A DNA stretch of 63,700 bases, the filler included, from Octopus bimaculoides (taxonomy: Eukaryota), in the NCBI RefSeq assembly GCF_001194135.2. It is 5 parts of 5 records of this genome, joined end to end, with 100 filler letters (N's around TTAATTAATTAA, not from the genome) between each part and the next. Parts side by side here need not be neighbours in the genome. Positions count along the whole stretch, not along the records: positions 33,619 to 42,216 come from NC_068984.1; positions 42,317 to 59,455 come from NC_068987.1; 3 more parts are not named here. One strand, written 5' to 3'. The stretch's first letter is position 1. Every line of letters begins with the position of its first letter. Positions 36,905 through 48,539 of the stretch are shown here, one piece after another. A program made the position numbers and the translations under genes. The notes below the pieces were generated by a model. The model had not been told where the DNA came from. It saw only the letters and a list, made by a program, of their open reading frames with translations, and did not search any database.

Positions 36905-37175
36905 ACGTTTGTGTGTGCTGCACTCACAATCACGAGATCGTAGTTTCAATTCCTAAACCGCGTCCTGTGTTGTATTCTTGGGCAAAACACCTCATCTCAC
37001 GCTGCTCTGCGATCACTTCGACATTTGACGTGTAGTATATCGTGCATCTGTTTGGCAACGTCGATTTGATGGAGGGAGTGAGCACATGCCGTTAATCACT
37101 ATAAACAAATAATTTGTGTAGGCCGTTCGGAAAAAAACTGAATGCTTGTACATCGTCTTCAACGGGAGAGTCTAT
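36905..37175 (+). mobile_element. SINE family C copy
   Basis: gcactcacaatcacgagatcgtagtttcaattcc..ttcttgggcaaaacacctcatctcacgctgctc. Confidence 0.75.
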
Positions 37176-37193
37176 CACACACACACACACACA

Positions 37194-38230
37194 CGAGGGT
37201 CGTGTGAAATGTTCATAGCCTGACTAAAATGCTATTATGGAATGTGACCAAATAAGGCTTATTTTTCAACATAGTGCCCCTTGAGGTCCATGCACTTCTT
37301 CCATCGGTGTTGCAATGCTTCGACACCATTGCTGAAGAAGCTTTTGTTCTATTGTTCAAAAGTCATCACCAGCAGATATGACGTCATCATCACTGCGATA
37401 CTGGTTCCAAGCCAAATGTTTTTTCACGTTGTGGAACAGATCATAATCAGATAGGTCAAATCAGGAGAATATCCTATTCTCTTGATTAACCAGTTCAAAG
37501 CCATAGTTACGCACAGCAGCCAGTGAAACCAAGGAGTTGTGTGCTGGAGCATTGTCCCGATGAAACAAGGCCCCCCCTTCGTCATTTTTTCCTGGGTCTT
37601 TGGTCTTGACAGCCTTTCGTAACTGCCTCAGCACGTTGGCATAGCACTCTGTCGGTGTGTCCCTTTTGAGGATAGTCCGCAAAAAACCTGAGACCACTAC
37701 CTTCCCTGCAGATGAAACAACTTTGGCCTTCTGTGGAAGAGGTGAGCAGGGATATTTGCGTGGGTCGTCTCTTTATCTCTGGCTCAAAGTGGTCAACCCA
37801 ACGCTCATCCTGGGTTAGCAAACGTTCAAAGAAACCAGCCTGTCATCAATCACCACGATCAATGTTTTCCTCGTTGGTGGCAGTAGCAGGACATCCAGAC
37901 CTTGGATCATCTTCAAGATTTCCCCTTCTCCTCCTAAATTCAGCTGCTGCAGCGGAGTGTCATCCCCTAATGTAGCGTCCATGTCAGCATGAACGTTCTT
38001 ATGGGCTAAACCCTTTTTCTGCGGTACTTGATAACACCACGATGCCAAATTTTGTCAATTTTTCAAGAGAAGTCGCTACTAGTTACTTTTGAAGTCTTTG
38101 AACAGTCAGATATCAGTTTACCTGGAAAGAAACAATGCGTTAAGAAGATGTGAAATTAATACATGCAAGATTTCGTAGTTCAAGGATCACTCCTTCATAG
38201 TCAGCCTATAACCTTTTCAGGCCACCCACG
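37194..38230 (-). mobile_element. Mariner (irritans-like) fossil with both TIRs and an internally deleted transposase
   Basis: TIRs cgagggtcgtgtgaaatgttcatagcctgacta versus rc cgtgggtggcctgaaaaggttataggctgacta (about 25/34 identity). Minus frames: LTQDERWVDHFEPEIK, LFHRDNAPAH, YSPDL. Confidence 0.9.
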
Positions 38231-38231
38231 G

Positions 38232-38275
<44 letters not shown>

Positions 38276-39329
38276 ATGCGCGTGCGCGTGCGTGTATGTA
38301 CGTGTGTATGTGTGAGAATGTCACTTACACTGCCATAGTAGTAATTTATTTTATATCAAACAAGTCATTGTTTTAAGTTTTTTTAGAAATTCATCCTGTT
38401 GGGATTTGAACGTTCTCGCGCAATGCTGATTGATATGTGAGTAATGATCATATTGATGTCAGTGAGCATTATTCTAAGGGCGTAACGTTATCCATATTTT
38501 GTAACTGATAGGAAAAGAGCTTCAGTATATTTACACAATGCTGGTGTTGTTAAGTTAATCTAAATTAAGCTTGTGTTTTATTTGTATACCGAAACTTGAT
38601 ATGATTTGTCAATATAGTTTTTCGATATTTAGTTTGATTCAGTCAACAATTGATTAGGAATAAGTTATTTTATATTAATGGAACTTTAACATTCCTTCAG
38701 GTAGCACCGGAAAAAAGTTGTCACGGACGTTGGTTAAGAAGTTCGCTTCGAAATTACTACAAAAAGCCTTCCGACTCAGTGTTATCTTAAGGTATGGGCA
38801 TACTGGATAGTTACTCCGGGACCTTACGCGCGCAGGGTCCCAATTCTGATCTATGTACGTTGTAGTTGCTGTCAGTAAGTAAATACTATAGGGTCCAATG
38901 CTTTGTAAACAAAGTAGCGAAAACTCACTCACCAACAAGTCACAACCTCAGGGCTAAAGACACGCTGTCTCATCTCTCTCCGTCTATTATATCAATAGCC
39001 TCTTTGATAGCCTCTGTTTCTCTGAACAGCTTAGTGGAATAAAGCACCTTTTCTTCCCACCTGGTGTGTTACTCTCTATTCCTCAGGTCACCACTTGTAT
39101 GTTTACTCCTAAACCCTTCTCCAACCATTTCTTCTCTTTAGCCTTTCAGTCCCAGAACGTCTTCAAGCCTAAGTTCTTTTTGTTGTTGTCAATCAAGAAA
39201 TGTTCAAGCTAAATACCAACTATATTGATTCAATCAATCTGGGAAGACTTGCAAAGTTCATGAAATGCCTGTCCTTAAGACTAAAGTGCGCGCGCGCGCG
39301 CACACACACACACACGCGCACACACCTGT

Positions 39330-39460
39330 ATACGACAAGCTTCCATGCAGTTTTTGCCTACCAAATTCACTCATAAGACTATGGTCGATCTGAGGCTATA
39401 TTAGAAGACATTTTCTCAAAGTGCTGAAAAGCGGGACTGCACCCGAAGCCACGAAACTGC
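39330..39460 (-). mobile_element. SINE family B partial copy
   Basis: ccaaattcactcataagactatggtcgatctgaggctatattagaagac is the reverse of the family-B body. Confidence 0.7.
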
Positions 39461-40859
39461 ACAGCCAAATTTTATTCATAACTCAATATGAAAAAAAAAA
39501 AAATCAATGATGTGTGATCGACATGCTATACTCTGCTGTTGATGTCTAATATACTGAATTATGCCCATTGTTGTCCCTTACCACAGGAATCAAAGATCAT
39601 ACTTATTCTTCTAAGCATATAAATTAACTTTCAGAAATTAATTAAATTTTGGGAAATTATCTCCCTTTTTCTTTGGGTGCTACGAGTTCTTTTTACCCAA
39701 CAAAGGCGGAATATCAGTTAACTGAGAACTTTTGGCGCGTCGATGACGTTTAATGCGCCAGTCCCAACCCTTTGCCAGTCCAAAACATTTTCATAAGTTT
39801 GTCCTAAACGCTCATGCCTGTTTTAATATTTTTAGTTAGCCCTCGTTTCATACGTTCTGGGTAATACAAAGCTTTTCTTTCATAAGTCCCGAGTTACTCT
39901 GGGAGTTGAAAAAAAATTGGGTATGTGTATCGTATATGGTGTATATAATGCATGGACGTCAGGGAAATGTACCTTGTGTATAACGTGTGATATACTGGCA
40001 AAAGATTAACTTATACATGTTTTACATTCGTACATAGTCAAAAAGATAAAAACGGTTTAGGTGAAAAAAAATTGTTAAATGACAGCTACTTATTTCATCG
40101 AGCTCCGCCTCTCCCACCTCACAAAAATGAAAAGCAAACCAGACCGTGTTAAGAAAAATTGTTTAATTGAAAAATTGTTTAATCCGAAGTTCTACGAGAG
40201 TTACTACAGCATAGGGAAGCGAAGCACTAGTAACTCCAGTAGAACTTGATCCACGCATAAACCAATGTAAGGGCCAACGAGGGAGTCTCTTCAAGGTATC
40301 TTCGACACACTAGAGATAGCAGCAAAATCTTTTTGAAATCACACTTTATTGTCTTAAACATATTGTGGCTCTAGATATATTATGACTGTGACAAATACCA
40401 AGTGGTATCGGCTGAAGTGCCTTTGATAGCAGATCTAACGGGCTAAGCAACAGCAGTTTCAATAACACTCCCATGCTTATCTGCTTTTAAGACTTCTGCT
40501 GTTTCATCTAAACTAGGAACCTTTTACGTTTTTGATTCCTAGATGGCTTTTGCTATTTCTTCAATAGATGTTTAATGTACAGTCATTTCCAACTCCTCTT
40601 GGAGTTACGAATCAACAGAATTTCTTATTAAACTTAAACATATAGTCCTGTAATGTAGTTTTTATACTGACACCTATGACATGTGCACTAATCATCAAAT
40701 ACATAAAGTGGCTGTACATGCCATAGGTATTAGCATAAAAACTACTGTGAAGAGCTATATAGTTTTAAGTTTGATTAAACTCTATAAATAAAAAAGGGGC
40801 AGCCATCAGTGTCAGTATTTCTGGAGATGTGACCGGCGTCTTCATAACTTAGGCAATCA

Positions 40860-41400
40860 TCAGAATATTCCTTCCACAAAACGCTTTGTTTCCTGACTGT
40901 CGAAATGTTTCTTCCATCTTTCCAAGATTTTTATATCATATGATATTAGTTTCCCACAGGTAGTTGCTTAGAGCTCTATATTTTACTTGTAATTTTGTAT
41001 ATTATTTCGTAAGTTTTCTGGCTCCTTTGCTGTCTCCTGCATTGGATAGCTAATTTATCCGCCTCATCAGCGTTCACTTACAAGAATATTTTATCTCTTC
41101 TTGAATGCTTTTCCACTTCTTTGTTGAGACTACATTATTTAGCTATTTTTACGTTAAAGTTAATCTTGTACGGTTGTTGAAAAATGAAAATTGCAATTTT
41201 TGGATATGCGCTCGAGTCACTGGCACGCCACGAATATAATAACATATGATATTCGCTACAACTGCATGACATTTTGCTCGGTATATCAAGGCAATGAATA
41301 ACATAAAAGCTTCCCTGTTGAATATCAATATTTTCGTGAACTTCCTCATGAGTATGGACAAGAATTTGAGTAAGTTTTAATATATACCAATGTTCCATAG
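40860..41400 (-). mobile_element. RTE-clade LINE ORF remnant (endonuclease-RT linker)
   Basis: LNKEVEKHSRRDK..ADEADKLA..KTYEIIYKITSK..LPV..ILERWKKHFDS, with stops and frameshifts. Confidence 0.65.
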
Positions 41401-41895
41401 CCTTCTGAAGTCTAAAGATTTCTAGAGGTACTATTTCAAATTGTTTTAAGTCACGTAAATGAGATAAGGTGTAATGAGTAGAAAAAACAAACGTGTGATA
41501 TACTCAACGAATTAAATGAGATGAACATTTAATTTGTTGAAAAACAATATAATTCATACTAAACCAAAATAAGTTTAAACCTTTTTATCAGCAAATTGCA
41601 TTTTACAAAAAGAGAAGGAAACAGAGCCTTAATAGACGAGATTTCACCGTTTTCAAAGGGCACAGAAAGATATGGTAACCAGATCCAAAAACTCTGATGA
41701 AATGAAAATACTCTTAAGACCATAAATACATCTGTTTCCGGAGCGTTTGTGTATTCAAATCTATTGGAAGAACTAATAAGTTTACAGAATCATTTTGAAA
41801 TTACATCGTTTCAACAAAATGAATATGAAGCATTCCGGCTAAGAATTTTAAGCTTTGGTAAGAAAATAAAATTACTACTCATTGTTTTTCATTAT

Positions 41896-42216
41896 GAAGA
41901 AGAAGAAGAAGAAGAAGAAGAAGAAGAAGAAGAAGAAGAAGAAGAAGAAGAAGAAGAAGAAGAAGAAGAAGAAGAAGATGAAGATGAAGAAGAAGAAGAA
42001 GAAGAAGAAGAAGAAGAAGAAGAAGAAGAAGAAGAAAAAGAAAGTGATAGTGATGGGGTCCTCCTAGTACAGGAGGACGTCTTGGGATAATCGAGGAACC
42101 TCACCATCCAAGATCACCCTGAATACCAAGGTCAAGCGCCATTTCCAATTCACAGGTCTGCACTTAGAGCGGTGCCATCCACTCTTGCCATTTTCGCAAC
42201 TTCCACCCACCTTTCG
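41896..42216 (-). mobile_element. LINE 3' end (Tx1/L1-like) with stem-loop and (TTC)n tail, cut by a gap
   Basis: Minus frame ERWVEVAKMARVDG..; perfect 8-bp hairpin GTCCTCCT-agtac-AGGAGGAC (42058-42078); (GAA)n array 41896-42036. Confidence 0.5.
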
Positions 42217-42574
42217 NNNNNNNNNNNNNNNNNNNNNNNNNNNNNNNNNNNNNNNNNNNNTTAATTAATTAANNNNNNNNNNNNNNNNNNNNNNNNNNNN
42301 NNNNNNNNNNNNNNNNATTTATAACAAACTATTGGCTCACCAGATGGTAGAAATATACTCTATCACGTGACCTTATTAGGGGCTGTGATTGGTCAGTTTG
42401 CGTTCTGGCGGGAACGGTTCGAAGAAGTTACCGATTCGAATAATGATCAGTCACGTGATGACAAGGTTAATGTTTTCCCCTACGTTCGCGTTTATTTATA
42501 TTTAAATGAGAAGAATGTATGTAATGGCGATAGTAGTTTTGTATCTAGTGACGATAGGTAGTTTCACTACATAT

Positions 42575-42708
42575 ATATATACGACGGGCTTCTTTCAGTT
42601 TCCGTCTACCAAATCCATTCACAAAGCTTTGGTCGGCCCGGGGCTATAGTAGAAGACACTTGCCCAAGGTGCCACGCAGTGGGACTGAACCCAGAAATGG
42701 AAGCTGCT
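42575..42708 (-). mobile_element. SINE family B copy whose head abuts the piggyBac-like MITE
   Basis: acgacgggcttctttcagtttccgtctaccaaatcc..ggctatagtagaagacacttgcccaaggtgccacgcagtgggactgaaccc. Confidence 0.88.
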
Positions 42709-42712
42709 TTAA

Positions 42713-43250
42713 CCCATTAACTGCCAAATTCTTTTATTCATATTCTTCGTCTTTGCCAGGTGTCTTAGGAGTTAAAATAATAGATACTATTTAACTTTTC
42801 TTCGTATGTGAATTATTTCGGAAATTATAAATTTTTCGAAAAGTCCCAAATGGGGATCGCTGAAAAAACGCATATTTGTCCTTTTGTATTCAATTACAAT
42901 AATAAACATTTTAGTTTTTTTTTTTTTTTTTTTTTTTTGAAACTATAGAATCAAATGCGAATGTGTATGAAATATCAATGAATAATATAGATGGGAAATG
43001 CAAAAAAAAAGAGGTAAAAAACGTTTTCAAAACAGTTAATATTTTTGTAGTTCAAAAATTGCAATTTATGAAATAAAATGTCCCTTAGAATTAGCCAGCG
43101 CTAATAATGACAAACTTTTACTACTGAATATTGTTAAACACACCTCTGCAAATGCAATGTGCATAAGCAATTCATTTTAAATACAACGAACAACCGACAT
43201 TGAGACTGTTTTTAGCAGATCCCCAAATGGGGCTTATGGCAGGTAATGGG
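42713..43250. mobile_element. piggyBac-like MITE (538 bp)
   Basis: TTAA on both sides. TIRs CCCATTAACTGCCA / rc CCCATTACCTGCCA (13/14). Internal repeat CCCAAATGGGG at 42845 and 43222. Confidence 0.85.
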
Positions 43251-43379
43251 TTAATCAGTTGTGTGTCGACTTACCGAGCTAAAAACATTTTGCTGTTCAT
43301 ATTGCGTACAGATGTTGTGCAACATCTCTGAGTCAAGTTTATTTAATTCATAACTGGCGAACAAGTAAACAAAAATAGA

Positions 43380-43770
43380 TAAATGGCTGTGTGGTAAGAA
43401 GCTTGCTTCTCAACCACATGGTCCCAGGTCAGTCCCACAGCGTGGAACCTTGGGCAAGTGTCTTCTACTACAACCTCGAGCCGACCAATGCCTTGTGAGT
43501 GGATTTGGTAGAGGGAAACTGAAAGAAGCCCGTCGCATATATGTATATATCTATGTGTGTGTGTCTGTTTGTTCCCCACCACCACTCGACAAATGGTGTT
43601 GGTGTGTTTACGCCCTCATAATCTTGCGGTTCGGCAAAACAGACCGATAGAATAAGTACCAGGCTTTAAGAAATAAGTCCTGGGGTAGATTTGTTCGACT
43701 AAAGCCCTTCAAGGCAGTATCCCAGCATGGCCGCAGTTAAAAATGACTGAAGCAAGTCAAACAGAAAAGA
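43380..43770 (+). mobile_element. SINE family B, full-length
   Basis: tggctgtgtggtaagaagcttgcttctcaaccacatggtcccaggtcagtccc..ccttgggcaagtgtcttctac..cagcatggccgcagtt. Confidence 0.9.
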
Positions 43771-43807
43771 TAAAATAAATAAATAACGTTCCAATGAGCC
43801 TCTATAT

Positions 43808-43999
43808 CAGCGGTTGTCAACAGCGGCTCCCAGGGCCGCACGCGGTCCTCAAGCACCGTTTCGGCGACCCTGACGGTCTTCTCTCTATAAATATTTTTCT
43901 TTCATTGACTTGTCTTCTACTTTTTGTGGGGTGGCTCCCTAAAAAAGCTCCAGATTTTAGATTTGACCCGGATATTAAAAAGGTTCAGAACCGTCGCTG
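43808..43999. mobile_element. Possible hAT/Charlie-like MITE
   Basis: Left end CAGCGGTTGTCAAC; right end rc resembles cagcg(ac)ggttctgaacc. The left flank CTCTATAT fits NTCTANAN, but no matching right TSD. Confidence 0.4.
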
Positions 44000-44559
44000 G
44001 ACCTGCTGGAAATAACAGCTAAATGTCTCTCTCATATTGCACCATGCCATTCCTTTTTAATTTCGGTAAAATGCATGCAATTTGAGGGGAGGGGGCAAGT
44101 CGATTATATTGATCCTTAGTACTTGACTGGTACAGATGAATTCACGGACGTTCATACATATACACCTACCGCGTGGTTTCTTAAAAAAAGATCCGTTTGC
44201 AATCTCATAGTTCTAGGTTCGATCCCATAGCACAGCAACTGGGGTAGGCAAGCATTTTGTTATTATAGACTGAGTTGACTAATATTTTGTAAGCGGAGTT
44301 TGAAAGACTGAAAGTGTGTGTATGGTGTGTTGAAGCATTCATTCATTCACTTTACTCAAGACCTTCAAGGTCCTATTGCATTCTCTCTTTTGCCAGCTGG
44401 TGTGCTGCCATTTAGAGCGATGATAAGCTGAATTAATTTGGCACTTGTTTTGAGAACTTTCCAAAATCACCACTGATTTTTGCCGGCTCCCGAAAACAGA
44501 TTTTCTCCTGTGAAAGAAAGCACATATTTAAATAGACAGACACTTTATTTTCTCATTTT

Positions 44560-44680
44560 GAGAGGATTAAAGAAAGGTTGACTTCGGCGGGATTTGAACC
44601 CAGAACGTAAAAAAGCTGGAACTAACGACACAAGGTATTTTATGTAGCACACTAACATTTCTATCAATTCATCTTTGTAC
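44560..44680 (-). mobile_element. SINE family A partial copy
   Basis: aaggttgacttcggcgggatttgaacccagaacgt. Confidence 0.7.
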
Positions 44681-44959
44681 GTAAGCACGTACGTACGTAC
44701 GTTTGTATGTACGCGCGCGCGCGTGTGCTTATATACGCACACACTTTCCAACATACCTATAAACATACGTGCATACCTAAATACATTTGCATGCTTGGGC
44801 GTGGCCAGGATTTCAACGAAGGGGTCTCATTAAAATGGATCCACCATTAGCCATCTGATTTTCGTTTGTATGTAGATTAATGTGTGCGTGTGTATGTCTG
44901 TAAGTATGTGTGTATGTATAAATTTGTGTGGGTGTATATATGTCTATAATTGTGAGTGT

Positions 44960-45215
44960 TTAATCATACGTCGCTCGTTGGCGTATTCGTCCGAACTTGT
45001 CGACCCCACTCAGGTTACGGGTGTGTGTGTAAATATGTTATTGCTGTTGTTTATATCGTACGTTATTTCTTTATATTTCGTAAATGTAGTAATCCAGCAA
45101 ATAAAGACGAGAATATACGTCACCAGAGTGAAATAAGTAGTGATATGATCCACTAAATACCAATGACGACTGTGTCCCAGTATGGCCGCAGTCCAATGAC
45201 ACGCAAACCGGCAAA
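44960..45215 (+). mobile_element. SINE family B 3' segment, degenerate
   Basis: gactgtgtcccagtatggccgcagtccaatgac matches the family-B 3' end. Confidence 0.55.
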
Positions 45216-46893
45216 GGAATACATTATCCACCGATAGTATCCTACACTAAACACACGGATGAGTCTCTCCTCGATTAATCAAGTATTTAACGGCTGTATT
45301 CCCTGACACCAACTGAACACACACAAAGCAGATACCTCGCAGCAAAACAATTAATTGTTTGATATGAGTAAAAGCATGAAGGAAATACTAAACACGCTCT
45401 CACGGATACAGAGAAAATATTACGAAAGACTGTCAGAAAGAATGAACGAAAGAAAGAAAGGAGAAAAAGGTTTGGTTAAACAAAAAGCTGTCACTTATTT
45501 CACGCACATGTACGCAGGAAGGCAACTGCACCATCATAAATACAGATGCACTTCTAGATATGAAAATAATAATAAAGATAAATGTAATTTTCAGTATGCA
45601 ATGTGGTAGAGTAATTAAAATGATCATCAGTAAAAACAAAAAAAAAAAACAAAGAAAAATCACCCACTCAGGTTTAAAAACAAGATTGAAACACTTTTGA
45701 GAGTGATATATTAACAATATGAGATAAAGTGAGTGAGTGAGAGAGAGAAAAAGATCGAGAGAGGAAGGGGTGAGAGTGGACAGTAGTGTTGGAAGAGAAC
45801 ATAAATATATTAGTTCAAAGAGAGTAAGTGAAAGGATGAAAGTGAAGAGGAAAGTATATGAATGTGGGTGTGTGATTACTAATTAGAGGGAAAGTAAATG
45901 AGTGGCAGTTGGAAATGAATATGACAATTAGATAGGCAGAAAGTATGAGAGTAAGCTTGATAGAGAGACAGTTGGACGTGAGTGAGGATTTAAATGACAG
46001 AGGTAGATACTGTATGAGGGAGTGACGGAGTGTTTACTTCCTTAAGTGACAGAGTGTAAGTGAGAGAGTGAGTAAGAGCTTCAGTGATAGAGAGGGTGAT
46101 AGTGAGTGAATGAAAGATTGCTAAACAGAAATTGGGGGTGAGGGAGAATGTACGTATGAGTGAGTGAAAGGTAGCTAGAGAGTAAGAGGAGGAAGAGTGT
46201 ATGTATATGAGTGAGTGAGCAAGTGAGTGAAAGGTAACTAGATACAGAGAGAGGGGGAGTGCGTGTGTACGAGTGAGTGAGTTGGCAGACGACAATTTGG
46301 GAAAGCCAAGCTAACCAAAAGCATAAAATCGAATTGAAAAGAAAATAATTTCACTAAATGAAGAATATATTTCATCAAAGATGGTATTTTTCTTTATCTG
46401 AGGTAATTATCTACTACTACTTCTATTAAAAAAAGAAATTTAACGATGGTAAACAGCTTCCAAAAGACGAAAGACATAACGTGATTTATTTTTAAGAAAC
46501 AGTAGCAGGAAATATTGTGTCGTGTTCGAAGGTAGCCAAGTGGCTGCTAAAATGAACAAAAAACATTACAAAACCTTCCCACTTTTTATTTATATACTCA
46601 TTATTATTATTATTTATTATTACTGCTGTAATATTTATTCTGTAGCTGTAGATATATATCAATACCTGCATCAGCTCAATGCAACAACAACTTCTACCAA
46701 CTTGTACCATTACCTTTATTGATTCTGATAATTATTGTTGTGAATCTGTGTGTGTTTGTGTGTGATACAGAAGCCGGTTATTATAATCTCAGATACCTTT
46801 ATTGTTTTTGATATATAATTATTGTTGTGTGTGTGTGAGAGAGAGTATATGTGTGTTTGTCTGTGCTTTTGTGTATTATGTTTGCGTGTGTGT

Positions 46894-47121
46894 GATAACA
46901 TTATCTCGGATAATATTATCAACCAGTTATTATTATCTTAATTAGTATCAAATTATTCGCTTAATGTTATCGCCAGCCCCTTATTTATGGGCTGGTAATA
47001 ACAGTAACACAGAGGAACCTGAATATAATTTCGGATAATGTTATCCACCGGATATTGTTATCGAAATTAGCGGGGTCAGAAACTATTCACTTAATGTTAT
47101 CGGCAGCTGGTTATTGCTATC
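46894..47121. repeat. Array of 8 degenerate 12-mers, consensus GATAATGTTATC
   Basis: Copies start at 46894, 46909, 46926, 46960, 47034, 47051, 47090 and 47110. Confidence 0.75.
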
Positions 47122-47475
47122 GAAAAGTCTTCATTTCAAAGTGATCACAGTTCGAAGCTCACGCAGTATGTATGTACATATAAATATATGTATGTATGTA
47201 TATGCGTATATTATGCTACACACAATGGTTATGGTATGTATACACTTCCCTCGTTGGTTCACTCGAACGCAAAATATACACACATATAAATATATACATC
47301 TACCTATTTGTCACCTGTGTGTGTGTGTGTGTGTGTGTAGGTGATCGTCAGCATGTCCTTAGCTATAAGGAAACACTGATAGCCATATATATACGTGACT
47401 TGATCAACGATGAAAGGATACAAAGACATTTTATGACTGACACCCAGCCAGGTGTTTAGAATTGGATTCAGCATT

Positions 47476-47511
<36 letters not shown>

Positions 47512-47597
47512 CACGCACGCATGCGTACCTACACGTACATACACACACACATACATACATACGTACATACATACGCACACATGTATATACATTATAT

Positions 47598-47628
<31 letters not shown>

Positions 47629-48504
47629 NNNNNNNNNNNNNNNNNNNNNNNNNNNNNNNNNNNNNNNNNNNNNNNNNNNNNNNNNNNNNNNNNNNNNNNN
47701 NNNNNNNNNNNNNNNNNNNNNNNNNNNNNNNNNNNNNNNNNNNNNNNNNNNNNNNNNNNNNNNNNNNNNNNNNNNNNNNNNNNNNNNNNNNNNNNNNNNN
47801 NNNNNNNNNNNNNNNNNNNNNNNNNNNNNNNNNNNNNNNNNNNNNNNNNNNNNNNNNNNNNNNNNNNNNNNNNNNNNNNNNNNNNNNNNNNNNNNNNNNN
47901 NNNNNNNNNNNNNNNNNNNNNNNNNNNNNNNNNNNNNNNNNNNNNNNNNNNNNNNNNNNNNNNNNNNNNNNNNNNNNNNNNNNNNNNNNNNNNNNNNNNN
48001 NNNNNNNNNNNNNNNNNNNNNNNNNNNNNNNNNNNNNNNNNNNNNNNNNNNNNNNNNNNNNNNNNNNNNNNNNNNNNNNNNNNNNNNNNNNNNNNNNNNN
48101 NNNNNNNNNNNNNNNNNNNNNNNNNNNNNNNNNNNNNNNNNNNNNNNNNNNNNNNNNNNNNNNNNNNNNNNNNNNNNNNNNNNNNNNNNNNNNNNNNNNN
48201 NNNNNNNNNNNNNNNNNNNNNNNNNNNNNNNNNNNNNNNNNNNNNNNNNNNNNNNNNNNNNNNNNNNNNNNNNNNNNNNNNNNNNNNNNNNNNNNNNNNN
48301 NNNNNNNNNNNNNNNNNNNNNNNNNNNNNNNNNNNNNNNNNNNNNNNNNNNNNNNNNNNNNNNNNNNNNNNNNNNNNNNNNNNNNNNNNNNNNNNNNNNN
48401 NNNNNNNNNNNNNNNNNNNNNNNNNNNNNNNNNNNNNNNNNNNNNNNNNNNNNNNNNNNNNNNNNNNNNNTATATATATATCTGTCTCCTTGCCTACCTC
48501 CCTG

Positions 48505-48539
<35 letters not shown>

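Noticed and set aside
38701-38880. 91-nt exon candidate (CAG|..AAG|GTATGG), a 9-nt candidate and the GC hairpin at 38818-38841
   Set aside because: The exon overlaps a SINE-head-like sequence and its peptide is unrecognised. The hairpin lacks a convincing Helitron CTAG end.
39560-40100. Possible piggyBac transposase C-terminus or terminal remnant
   Set aside because: No matching TIR pair or TTAA flanks were found, and the peptide similarity is marginal.
45336-45429. 94-nt minus-strand exon candidate with a strong pyrimidine tract
   Set aside because: The tract is a GAAA-type simple repeat, the donor GTATCT is weak, and the peptide is unrecognised.
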